IMG/VR virus record: IMGVR_UViG_3300042892_004016
Coordinates: 32,001-96,000 of that record
From: a virus
Strand: one strand, 5' to 3'
Length of the DNA stretch: 64,000 bases
The translations under genes and the position numbers were made by a program. Shown in pieces: positions 20,010 to 28,512 of the stretch. Position 1 is the first letter of the stretch. Each line of letters opens with the position of its first letter. The notes under the pieces are model-generated. The model did no database searches and was not told where the DNA came from. It saw only the letters and a list, made by a program, of their open reading frames with translations.

Positions 20010-20475
20010 GTTTGATCGAGGTTCCTCGATCCTCCTTGAGTCAGCCGGGGTAAGGCCCGTAGCCGATGGATCTGGAGTATGCCCAAGAGTGATCTTGGGG
20101 AATACCGAGAGGGCAATCAATATAGGGAACCCTCAATGAGTTTATAGTACACTTTGTCTTGAAACTATAAAACATGCGTCGCGGAAGAATTGTGTTAGGC
20201 ACAATAGCTTCACTACAGTCCCATCAAACTTTACAGAGCGACCGGTGGCGAATAATAGCAGAAAAGAGCTGATTATTCGGGGAACAGACAACAAAGGATG
20301 ATGGTCATGGCATGTTTATGATTTTTCCATTGGTAGTGCTTAATAGCACTACCATGGCTTCTAATCGGCATGTGAGTCTTAATACTAATAAGATACCAGT
20401 AAATTAATCCCGAACATATGAGTGAGTGAAACGAACGAATAGAGAAGGGATTAGATGAGCGTTAGCTCATCTCTA
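20010..20475 (+). ncRNA. Candidate large structured non-coding RNA and/or ssDNA origin element (unassigned)
   Basis: About 12 helices in 460 nt with no credible ORF. Examples: GATCGAG/CTCGATC 20014-20031; CCCAAGA-GTGA-TCTTGGG 20082-20099; TTTATAGT/ACTATAAA 20141-20171; ATTGTG/CACAAT 20189-20205; CCATCA/TGATGG 20221-20304; CGAATAAT/ATTATTCG 20249-20279; TGGTAGTGCT/AGCACTACCA 20331-20354; AGATGAGC/GCTCATCT 20453-20472. Confidence 0.6.
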
Positions 20476-20519
20476 GAGTAGTAAATGATATAACCCATTA
20501 GCATATGGTGTGCTATGGC

Positions 20520-20696
20520 TTAGAAGAATGGCATCTGTGATTTCTTGGTAGTCTCTAAGTTTTCTTCAATAATCTCATTAAGTGATACCAGTTCGTCAGG
20601 ACTCATGTTCAACACATCAGTATAAGATACTGACCCGCGCATGTACCAGGCTATTCTTTGTGCGTTCTTTTTGATAGCCTTTACGTCTTTCTCCAT
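20520..20696 (-). CDS. gp51: Small baseplate hub assembly chaperone, gp51-like (58 aa; probably made as a -1 frameshift extension of the gp26-like gene)
   Basis: Below the ORF-track cutoff: MEKDVKAIKKNAQRIAWYMRGSVSYTDVLNMSPDELVSLNEIIEENLETTKKSQMPFF. Frame stays open upstream to 20756, overlapping the end of the gp26-like ORF. Confidence 0.65.
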   Translation of the reverse strand: MEKDVKAIKKNAQRIAWYMRGSVSYTDVLNMSPDELVSLNEIIEENLETTKKSQMPFF

Positions 20697-20706
20697 ATTT
20701 TCAACC

Positions 20707-20756
20707 AGCTTCGTTATACCCGGGGAGTCTAGGTATAGAAGCTTTAGCCGAAAAAA
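20707..20756 (-). promoter_or_regulatory. Programmed -1 ribosomal frameshift signal (T TTT TTC + 6-nt spacer + stem-loop)
   Basis: Heptamer at 20756-20750; stem AGCTTC-TATACC/GGTATA-(AC)-GAAGCT at 20743-20707. Confidence 0.7.
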
Positions 20757-21574
20757 TCGCTTACATTCAACGTGAATGGTTGATCATATTCATGTTGACA
20801 ACTGTTACATGCGATATGCAACGGCTTGGTCTGCGTAGTCTCTCTTAGTGCCACACTGCGATCTTTGATCATATCAAACGTGTTCTTGTCAGTGTTGTAC
20901 AAGAAATCCAGTATGTATGGCTTTTCAGTAACCACTAGTTCTGGTGTGGCAATGTATTCAATGGTATTGGCCAGTACTTCTACCGTGGAATCAGATATGA
21001 TCTTCAGTGCTTCACTTGTTCTTTTTTCTTTATCTGCTCCTTCTTCCATGGCGCTGATACTGTAGAACAGCTTTTGCATCTCAAACTGCTTGATGGTACT
21101 GGCAGTGAGTTCTTTGAATGACAGTGATTTGAACTTGATTTTGAGATCGTTGATATGCAGTGGAATCTCATAATCACCGGGTACAAAGTTGTTGAGTACA
21201 ATACTCAAACTAACGCCATATTGTGCTGTTTCGCTGCAGCTGGGGCAAGTGACTTCCATTTCCATTTCATTGCCGTTTGTTGCAATTTTGATAGCCACCA
21301 GTATGGCATCCAGATCAGTGCTGCTGATTGCCCAGGCATCGTGTATGCAGGGTACGCAACTGCGTATGATGTCTACAACTGCGCTGCCGTTGTACAGTGC
21401 GTCTGGGGTTTTGCTGGTAATCTCATCAATTGCCGTCATGGGATAGACTGGAATTTCTCCGGTTTCGGGCATAGAAATAGTGGCTGCAGTGTAGCCCAAG
21501 CCCCTGCTGGGCAATTTCAAATAGATGCCGGGTCTGCGAAAATACTGTTTTAGTGGGTTATGATCTATGCTCAT
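20744..21574 (-). CDS. gp26: Baseplate hub / tail assembly chaperone, gp26-like (276 aa)
   Basis: Y.KLPS.G, PMTA.DE, D.DAIL.AI.IAT.G, two CxxC pairs (CPSC, CNSC), C-terminal DFFG. Confidence 0.75.
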   Translation of the reverse strand: MSIDHNPLKQYFRRPGIYLKLPSRGLGYTAATISMPETGEIPVYPMTAIDEITSKTPDALYNGSAVVDIIRSCVPCIHDAWAISSTDLDAILVAIKIATNGNEMEMEVTCPSCSETAQYGVSLSIVLNNFVPGDYEIPLHINDLKIKFKSLSFKELTASTIKQFEMQKLFYSISAMEEGADKEKRTSEALKIISDSTVEVLANTIEYIATPELVVTEKPYILDFLYNTDKNTFDMIKDRSVALRETTQTKPLHIACNSCQHEYDQPFTLNVSDFFG

Positions 21575-21606
21575 TGATTTCTCCTAATATGGGCTGGTTG
21601 ACAGAC

Positions 21607-21628
21607 TAAATATACTGAGAAGTATTTA
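21607..21628. promoter_or_regulatory. Face-to-face pair of late promoters ACTAAATA (+, core 21607-21612) and ACTAAATA (-, core 21628-21623)
   Basis: Inverted copies 10 nt apart in the 80-bp divergent gap between gp26 and the first tape-measure-like gene. Confidence 0.65.
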
Positions 21629-21654
21629 GTGGGTAAAAGCAACCGGATAATATA

Positions 21655-23898
21655 ATGGCAGATCAAAGAGAAATACTAGAAGAATTGAACCGTGCAGCCC
21701 GTAGTTTGAGCGATGCCAGTGCGCAGCTGGATCAAAGCAATAGGGCGGCCTCAGTGACTGTCAATCAGGCCGTTAACAGCCTGCAGCTAATGGGATCAGG
21801 TGCAATAGAGTTTTCCCGATCACTGACCAATGGACAAGAGGGCATGTCAAAATATGGTTCTGCTATTGCTGACGCGGCCAGCGGTCTGGGCGGACTGGCG
21901 CAGTTGGCTGGTGGTCCATTTACGTTTGTGCTGGGCGGGCTGATAAAAATAGTGGGCGCAGTGGTGGGTTCAGTGCTGAAAAGCAATGACACCATAATAT
22001 CAGGCTATGACAAGCTGGCTGATGTGGGCGGAGCTGCCGCATTCAGTACTGATAGCTTGATGGCAGCGGCCGGCGCTGCAGATTTTCCCGTCGCAAACGG
22101 TTCCTTTACTAAATTAGTTGACACCATGAGTAAAATGGGCGGAGACCTAATGGGTCTGGGCTCCACCGCTGGTGAAGGCATGAAAAACTTCCTAAAGATA
22201 TCCACTGTGGGGGCTGATGTAAGGCATCAGTTTAACAGATTGGGTATCAGCCAGGAAAAACTCACTCAGGTTCAGGCTCAATATGTGTCTACTCAGTTGA
22301 AGATTGGTGGATTACAGAACAAAGAAACAGACCAATTACGTAAAGAATCATTAGAATACGCCACAGAGCTGATTGAACTGTCTGCAGTAACTGGTCAAAG
22401 TGTAGATCAGATTGCAAAAAATCGGGATGAGGATGCGAAAAATTTAGCTTGGCAATTAAAGTCACGTGAGATACTGGCGCAGGCAAATGGCGAGGCCATT
22501 ATGAAGCGGCTGAATGCTGGGCTTGAGTTATCCAGCAAATATGGCGCAGAGCAACGTTCGGGTATACGCGATGCTATGTCAAGGGATGCCCTGATTACAC
22601 CCGAAGCAATAAGTTTGGGTAATCAATTTGCTCTTGCTGGTGACGATTTGTTGCAGGCAATTGCTGATCTCAAAGCTGATAGAATTACTGCGACTGATTT
22701 TGACCTGCGCATGAAGGTCGCCATAAACAAAGTTGCAGACCAATATGGCCGAACTTTTATGCTGGCTGGAAACGATACTGCAAAACAAACGGCTATAACT
22801 TCAGACAGCCTAACAGGCGCCGCCAAACAGATAGCCAAGGGCAGTCTTGATCAAGCTGCACTTGACGTAGCTGCGGGTAAAGTACGCGCTGACTCTGCAA
22901 AACAAGCCCAAGATGCATTAAAGGATACCAGCCTGGCACTGGCAGAAGCTTTTGACAAGTTTATATCATTGATATCAGGCGCAGTTAACAGAGGATTTGA
23001 GGCCTTGATGTATGCGTTTAAGGCCTTGACCAAGGGTATTTTTAAATTTTTAACCAGTCATGCCTCATTATTTGGAGCCGAGGACATGGATCAGTCGCTT
23101 CCCTACATGTTTGACAGCATTGAAGATTTGGTCAAGATGCAACAAGCTTCAGTTGCTGCCCTGGCTGAAGTGGAAGGAAAAAAACTGTGGGTGCTGAAGC
23201 AAAAAGGACCGAAGCCGAATATAGCTGAGGGCTTGATAGCAACAGCCAGGATGAATCTGATTGAGGGAGAAGAAAAAAAAGTCAAGGCTCAGAAGGCTGG
23301 GGTTACGTTGGCGTTGCAGCAATTGTTGGGCACAAAGGATGTAGACAAAGCACTCAAAGAAAAAGAAGCGGCAGCGGCAGTTGAGCGCAAAAAACAAGAG
23401 ATAAAGGACGCAGCAGCAAAGGTCAGCGCACCCGTAGCAGCTATTAGCGCTAATGTTGAGGCACCAGCTGCTGCTGCAGCACCAAAAACTATTTCAATCG
23501 GCGCTGGCACGGTTGCTCCTCCAACTGAAAAATTTGATAAGGGCGGCGTAGCCAAGCACCCAATGATGTCATTGGGTGCCAGTCCCAATAGTGGACCCAT
23601 AGATATCTCATTACCTGGCGGTAGAGATATTCCCACTACCCTGGAGATGCCGGCAAACCTAACCAGCCAGCGAGATAGTCTATTAACTCAAACTGAAAGC
23701 ATAGACAGAATCTTATCTGGATATACGTCCAATCTTACTGCTGCAGTGGGTAATACTCCTACCACCGCACCAGCATCGACCAGGTCGTTCAATAATGATA
23801 TGATAGTAGCACTATCATACAAACTGGATGAGTTGTTGAATAAAATGAAAGACAATACCAGTTTGCAGAGCGAATTACTAGCACTTTCAAAAAGATAA
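21655..23898 (+). CDS. Tape-measure-like protein, paralogue 1 (747 aa)
   Basis: Ala/Gly/Leu-rich helical sequence, hydrophobic stretches, FDKGGV motif near the C-terminus; adjacent to the chaperone pair. Confidence 0.65.
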   Translation: MADQREILEELNRAARSLSDASAQLDQSNRAASVTVNQAVNSLQLMGSGAIEFSRSLTNGQEGMSKYGSAIADAASGLGGLAQLAGGPFTFVLGGLIKIVGAVVGSVLKSNDTIISGYDKLADVGGAAAFSTDSLMAAAGAADFPVANGSFTKLVDTMSKMGGDLMGLGSTAGEGMKNFLKISTVGADVRHQFNRLGISQEKLTQVQAQYVSTQLKIGGLQNKETDQLRKESLEYATELIELSAVTGQSVDQIAKNRDEDAKNLAWQLKSREILAQANGEAIMKRLNAGLELSSKYGAEQRSGIRDAMSRDALITPEAISLGNQFALAGDDLLQAIADLKADRITATDFDLRMKVAINKVADQYGRTFMLAGNDTAKQTAITSDSLTGAAKQIAKGSLDQAALDVAAGKVRADSAKQAQDALKDTSLALAEAFDKFISLISGAVNRGFEALMYAFKALTKGIFKFLTSHASLFGAEDMDQSLPYMFDSIEDLVKMQQASVAALAEVEGKKLWVLKQKGPKPNIAEGLIATARMNLIEGEEKKVKAQKAGVTLALQQLLGTKDVDKALKEKEAAAAVERKKQEIKDAAAKVSAPVAAISANVEAPAAAAAPKTISIGAGTVAPPTEKFDKGGVAKHPMMSLGASPNSGPIDISLPGGRDIPTTLEMPANLTSQRDSLLTQTESIDRILSGYTSNLTAAVGNTPTTAPASTRSFNNDMIVALSYKLDELLNKMKDNTSLQSELLALSKR

Positions 23899-23904
23899 CA
23901 ACCA

Positions 23905-26403
23905 ATGGCCGAAGAACAGAATCCAGCAGAGTACAATGACCTCGTAAGAGACTTTACCAATGCGACCAAGCAATCGGAAGCGTCGGCCAAGCGTGGCAAG
24001 GATACAGTAGACACATTGAAGTTTGCAATTAGAGACTTGGGTAGAGTGGGCAAGACGGCCTTTACTGGTATACTTGATGTCAATGGCAGTTTTAGTTCAA
24101 TGAATAATTCAGTAACCAGCGCGGGCAATATGCTGCGAAGGCTAACTGGTAGCAATTATAAAACCACAACTGCGCTGTCATTGGTAATCACTGGCATTGA
24201 AAAAACAATAAAATCATTGTTTGGATTCAATGATTCGATGATTAAGTTTTATGACGGATTGGGTGAGTACGGTATAACTGTAGGTCACAGTTCGGATCAA
24301 CTGCTGAAATTGGCACACAGTGCTGGGTACTATTTGGAAAAGTCCGAGGCGTTCTCTAAGCTGTTGACTGAAACTGGCGACTCCCTGCTAGCATTGGCAC
24401 CAACTGCCTCCGAGGGAGCGGACAAGTTGGCGCTGATATTTAATAATACTCAGGGTAAAACACAAGAAGAATTTCTCAAGTTGGGCATAGGTCCCGAACA
24501 ACTGAATAAGATGCAGCTTGATTATATCAAATTGCAGTCAGGATATGGCGCCAAGCTTTCAGGAAATGCGGATCAAATCAGAGAAAGATCAGTGCAGTAT
24601 GCACTAAGCATTAACAAGCTGTCCATGTTGACCGGAGCCAGACGAGAAGCGGTGGCACAGACTCTTGCTGCGGCAAATGCAGATACCAAATTTGCACTAA
24701 AAAAACGCATGCTTGAGCAAGAGGGCAACCTACAGGCCATAGATGCGTTCGATCAAACAGGCACTCTGCTCAATATTACTCTGGGTGAAAAACACGCGGC
24801 TGCATTCAGAGACCTAGCTGCCAACCATACTGCTACTACACTAGAAGGCAAAGCATTGCTGTCAAAAACTGGTGGTAGGATAGTGGGTTGGGTTAGGCAG
24901 TTGGAAGCAGGTCAACTGACTGGAATTGATGTTGCCAAACTTATTGCCAAAACGGAATCAGAATATGTCAGGACTAACCAAGAAGCGGTGAGTGCTAGTG
25001 AAGACTTTCGTAACAACATGTTTTTGAATGGTAAAAGCATGACGGCTGATGCAATACTATCGCAAATAAAAACAGAAAAAGATGTAGAAGAAATGATTAA
25101 AAAACGTCAAGCAGGAATAGACGACGCCAAGCGTCTGCAGAACAGTCAATTGAATACGGAGAGAACGGTTAATATAGCTTTGGATAGGTTAAAACTTGCT
25201 GTGTCCGGCCCTGCCAATTCTGTGTTTATTTGGTTGATTAAAAAAATGACACAGTTGGCGACTGGAGTATTAAAACTAGCGCTACAGCTACCAATTGGAG
25301 AAACACTAAAAGAAAATTTGGAAGAATTTCGTAAAATTTTAGGCGGCGATGTCGAAATACAGCAACAGCTTGATGATATTAACAAAGAAGTCAGCAGAAC
25401 CTCAGAGGAAACTGAAGTCTATGCAAGGATCAGCGGCAATCTTGTGGCTGCAGAAAAAGAAAAAGCACTGGCAGAACAACAGAATATACTACTAACAAAA
25501 AGAATACAAGCTGGAGAAACAATTGATCCCAACATATTACGAGAAAATGAACTTAACCTAACCAAAAAACGAGCTGAAGTAGCAGAAATCAAAAAACGCG
25601 AAGCTGATTTGCTTAAAGGTAGAACTGTGGTTCAACTTGAAGCAGAAAAAAAAGAAGCTGAGGCTCGTAGAGAAAGATACAGAGAAACACTACGTCCTCA
25701 TGAGGTAACTGCATATGAGGAAAGACGAGTTCAAGAGGCCAAACAACAGGCCAATAATTACTCTGGTCTTAATATTAAGGGCGCTGAATCTATAGCAGGT
25801 GGGCCAGTGGATCCCAAACTTATAGAATTGGCCAGACGAATACAGGCCGCAATTCCGGGGGTAAAATTTACGGCGTTCAACGACTTAACTCATAAACGTG
25901 GCAAACACGTTACTGGAACTGCTTTGGATTTTACCATGGATCCTCCACCCAAGAATGCAGAAGAAGCCAAACTGATAAAGAAAAAGTTGTATGATTTGGG
26001 ATTTAGTACCGCATTGGACGAGTATTTTACAGAACGGTCACCCGGTGCTACAGGACCCCACTTTCATGCGGCCTTTGCTGAAGGAGGTGTAGCAACCGGT
26101 TCCAAATCAGGATACGAGGTAACACTGCATGGAACTGAAGCTATCATTCCACTGTTGCCCAATAACACAGTACCAATAAAATTAAAAAATAAAGACAAAT
26201 TATCAGATTTTAGCAGCATAACCAATTCAATCAAATCTAAATTAGCTGATGTTATGGCTAACCAGATAAACAGTGCTGCAGGCAATGATGCACTCACTGA
26301 ATTGTTGGTTAACATGATTAGAGGCAAATTCGTTGCCATGATATCACAAGTAGAAATGAGCAATTCGGTACAGAGTGAGCTAAAAATGTACCTACGTAAC
26401 TAA
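23905..26403 (+). CDS. Tape-measure-like protein, paralogue 2, with peptidase M15-like muralytic domain (832 aa)
   Basis: Aligns by eye with paralogue 1 (F..LGI..E.L...Q..Y...Q; S..YA.....LS..TG). Carries KHVTGTALDF...HFH zinc motif and FAEGGV..G..SGY.VTLHGTEAIIPL tape-measure C-terminal motif. Confidence 0.7.
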   Translation: MAEEQNPAEYNDLVRDFTNATKQSEASAKRGKDTVDTLKFAIRDLGRVGKTAFTGILDVNGSFSSMNNSVTSAGNMLRRLTGSNYKTTTALSLVITGIEKTIKSLFGFNDSMIKFYDGLGEYGITVGHSSDQLLKLAHSAGYYLEKSEAFSKLLTETGDSLLALAPTASEGADKLALIFNNTQGKTQEEFLKLGIGPEQLNKMQLDYIKLQSGYGAKLSGNADQIRERSVQYALSINKLSMLTGARREAVAQTLAAANADTKFALKKRMLEQEGNLQAIDAFDQTGTLLNITLGEKHAAAFRDLAANHTATTLEGKALLSKTGGRIVGWVRQLEAGQLTGIDVAKLIAKTESEYVRTNQEAVSASEDFRNNMFLNGKSMTADAILSQIKTEKDVEEMIKKRQAGIDDAKRLQNSQLNTERTVNIALDRLKLAVSGPANSVFIWLIKKMTQLATGVLKLALQLPIGETLKENLEEFRKILGGDVEIQQQLDDINKEVSRTSEETEVYARISGNLVAAEKEKALAEQQNILLTKRIQAGETIDPNILRENELNLTKKRAEVAEIKKREADLLKGRTVVQLEAEKKEAEARRERYRETLRPHEVTAYEERRVQEAKQQANNYSGLNIKGAESIAGGPVDPKLIELARRIQAAIPGVKFTAFNDLTHKRGKHVTGTALDFTMDPPPKNAEEAKLIKKKLYDLGFSTALDEYFTERSPGATGPHFHAAFAEGGVATGSKSGYEVTLHGTEAIIPLLPNNTVPIKLKNKDKLSDFSSITNSIKSKLADVMANQINSAAGNDALTELLVNMIRGKFVAMISQVEMSNSVQSELKMYLRN

Positions 26404-26407
26404 AAGC

Positions 26408-26413
26408 TAAATA
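26408..26413 (+). promoter_or_regulatory. Putative late promoter (GC)TAAATA, 5 nt before portal ATG (leaderless)
   Basis: TAAATA-atact-ATG, no SD. Confidence 0.7.
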
Positions 26414-26418
26414 ATACT

Positions 26419-28191
26419 ATGTCATATAAAAAGCGTTTTTCTGGATCAAATACCACCGGTCAACTGAGTCCCATATCGGGAATAAACAGTAATACCAGTA
26501 ACTGGAACAGTACTGGCAAGAGCACTGGTTACAATAATCAAGAATTTGGTTACAAAAACTACATGAACAGGCTGCCCGAAGTGTACACTGGGCACCCAAA
26601 TCGCATTGAGCGTTACAATCAGTACGAAATGATGGACGTGGATGCTGAAGTAAACGCCTGTCTAGACATCATTGCTGAGTTCAGTACACAGAAAAATGAA
26701 CACAACGGCACACCATTTAACATTGATTTCAGAGAAGATCCAACTGAACATGAAGTCGATATAGTCAAAAAACAACTACAGCAATGGTGTAAACTGAACG
26801 AATTTGATACCAGAGCATTCAAAGTTTTCAGAAACTCCATCAAGTACGGTGATCAAGTATTCATTCGTGACCCAGAAAACTTCAAGTTATACTGGGTGGA
26901 CATGACCAAGGTAACCAAGGTCATTGTCAACGAAAGCGAAGGCAAGAAGCCGGAGCAGTATGTAGTCAAGGATATAAATCCAAATCTAGAAAATCTATCA
27001 GTGGCACAGAAAGTGTCAACTGATTTTGCCGCCAATCCCAGTACTGGTTTTGGTGGTACTGGTGGTGGCGGAGCAGCACAGGGATATACGGTGCCATCTA
27101 TGCCCGGCGGAACCACAGGCAGCAGATTTAGTTTGGGACAGAATGAAGCAGCAATTGATGCCAAACATATTGTGCATCTTAGCTTGACTGAGGGCTTGGA
27201 TCGTTACTGGCCATTTGGTCAGAGTATCTTAGAGAACATCTTTAAAGTATACAAGCAAAAAGAATTATTAGAAGATGCGATTTTGATCTATCGTATCAGT
27301 CGTGCCCCAGAGCGCAGAATGTTCAAGATTGATGTGGGTAACATGCCCAGTCACATGGCCATGGCGTTTGTGGACAGAGTTAAGAACGAGATTCATCAGC
27401 GCAGAATACCCAGCGCTGCAGGTGGTCAAAGTGGCATGGATGCCACTTACAACCCATTGAGCATGAACGAAGACTACTTCTTTCCCATGACAGCAGACGG
27501 TCGTGGTAGCACAGTTGAGATGCTGCAAGGCGGTCAAAATCTGGGTGAAATTGACGACTTAAAGTATTTTAACAACAGATTAGCACGTGGGTTACGTGTG
27601 CCCAGCAGCTACTTGCCAACTGGTCCAGACGATGGACAGTCACCATTGAACGATGGTAGAGTTGGTACTGCAATGATTCAGGAATTCAGATTCAACGAAT
27701 ATTGCAAAAGACTACAGAACTACATCAGTCAGAAGTTTGATGAAGAATTCAAACTGTTTCTAAGATGGCGTGGATTCAACATTGATTCAGGTTTGTTTGA
27801 CATCAAGTTCAACGAACCACAGAACTTTGCTGCGTATCGTCAAAGCGAACTGGACAAGGACCGAGTGGCAACATTTGGTGCCATGGAAGGCTTTCCCTAT
27901 ATATCCAAACGTTTTGCTCTCAAGCGTTTCTTGGGATTGAGCGAAGAAGAAATAAAAGAAAACGAACAAATGTGGCGTGAAGAACGTGAGAAGCCTGAGG
28001 ATACTGAACCCAAGGGCAGCGATCTTAGAAATATTGGTATCAGCGCAGGTGACATGGAATCTGATATGGAAGAAATAGCTGGCATGGAAGCACCACCAGA
28101 AGAAACGGAACCAGGTGCAGTGGCTCCACAAGTACCGGGTCCTGAAGCACTGGGTGGTTTACCTGCAGCTCCAACTCCTACTGGAATGTAA
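26419..28191 (+). CDS. gp20: Portal vertex protein
   Basis: LLEDAILIYRISRAPERRMFKIDVGNMP, EDYFFP..ADGRGS.VE.L.GGQNLGEIDD.KYF..L.R.L.VP.S motifs. Confidence 0.95.
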   Translation: MSYKKRFSGSNTTGQLSPISGINSNTSNWNSTGKSTGYNNQEFGYKNYMNRLPEVYTGHPNRIERYNQYEMMDVDAEVNACLDIIAEFSTQKNEHNGTPFNIDFREDPTEHEVDIVKKQLQQWCKLNEFDTRAFKVFRNSIKYGDQVFIRDPENFKLYWVDMTKVTKVIVNESEGKKPEQYVVKDINPNLENLSVAQKVSTDFAANPSTGFGGTGGGGAAQGYTVPSMPGGTTGSRFSLGQNEAAIDAKHIVHLSLTEGLDRYWPFGQSILENIFKVYKQKELLEDAILIYRISRAPERRMFKIDVGNMPSHMAMAFVDRVKNEIHQRRIPSAAGGQSGMDATYNPLSMNEDYFFPMTADGRGSTVEMLQGGQNLGEIDDLKYFNNRLARGLRVPSSYLPTGPDDGQSPLNDGRVGTAMIQEFRFNEYCKRLQNYISQKFDEEFKLFLRWRGFNIDSGLFDIKFNEPQNFAAYRQSELDKDRVATFGAMEGFPYISKRFALKRFLGLSEEEIKENEQMWREEREKPEDTEPKGSDLRNIGISAGDMESDMEEIAGMEAPPEETEPGAVAPQVPGPEALGGLPAAPTPTGM

Positions 28192-28198
28192 CTTGTGA

Positions 28199-28204
28199 TA
28201 AATA
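28199..28204 (+). promoter_or_regulatory. Putative late promoter (GA)TAAATA
   Basis: Upstream of 28223, followed by SD AGGA. Confidence 0.65.
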
Positions 28205-28222
28205 CATTATAGGAACCACCGG

Positions 28223-28444
28223 ATGAAACTTTTTGAAATGTTCGAGCCAGCAGTTAAGGGTTATCAAGATGAAGAAGATGACAATAGCAAGCCACGGTGG
28301 AAAGAAAGTCGCAAGACTAAACTTACCCTAAGACAAATAAACAAGTTGCGCAAGATGAATGATGTGCGCAGCTACGAAAAAGCACAGAGTTTAAAGAAAA
28401 TACGCAATCAATACAAACCAGTTGAACAAGCACCCGTAATGTAA
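28223..28444 (+). CDS. Small basic head-module protein (73 aa)
   Basis: Own late promoter and SD; lies between portal and core protein. Confidence 0.7.
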   Translation: MKLFEMFEPAVKGYQDEEDDNSKPRWKESRKTKLTLRQINKLRKMNDVRSYEKAQSLKKIRNQYKPVEQAPVM

Positions 28445-28474
28445 AAGTTCAGCTATTTCCCGCCAAAACGCAAA

Positions 28475-28499
28475 AAAACAGCACATATTGTGCTGTTTT
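28475..28499 (+). terminator. Probable intrinsic terminator
   Basis: AAAACAGCACA-tat-TGTGCTGTTTT inverted repeat. Confidence 0.6.
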
Positions 28500-28512
28500 C
28501 TCAGCTATGCAC

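Noticed and set aside
19916-20116. 66-aa minus-strand ORF overlapping the structured region
   Set aside because: Overlaps the resolvase antisense, has a non-ATG start and no protein-like features; base-pairing explains the region better.
20010-20475. Retron msr-msd, tRNA cluster, tmRNA, RNase P or group I intron as identity of the structured region
   Set aside because: No adjacent reverse transcriptase or long terminal a1/a2 inverted repeat; no cloverleaf with TTC loop and CCA; no RNase P GAGGAAAGTCC-like motif; no interrupted gene. Checked by eye only.
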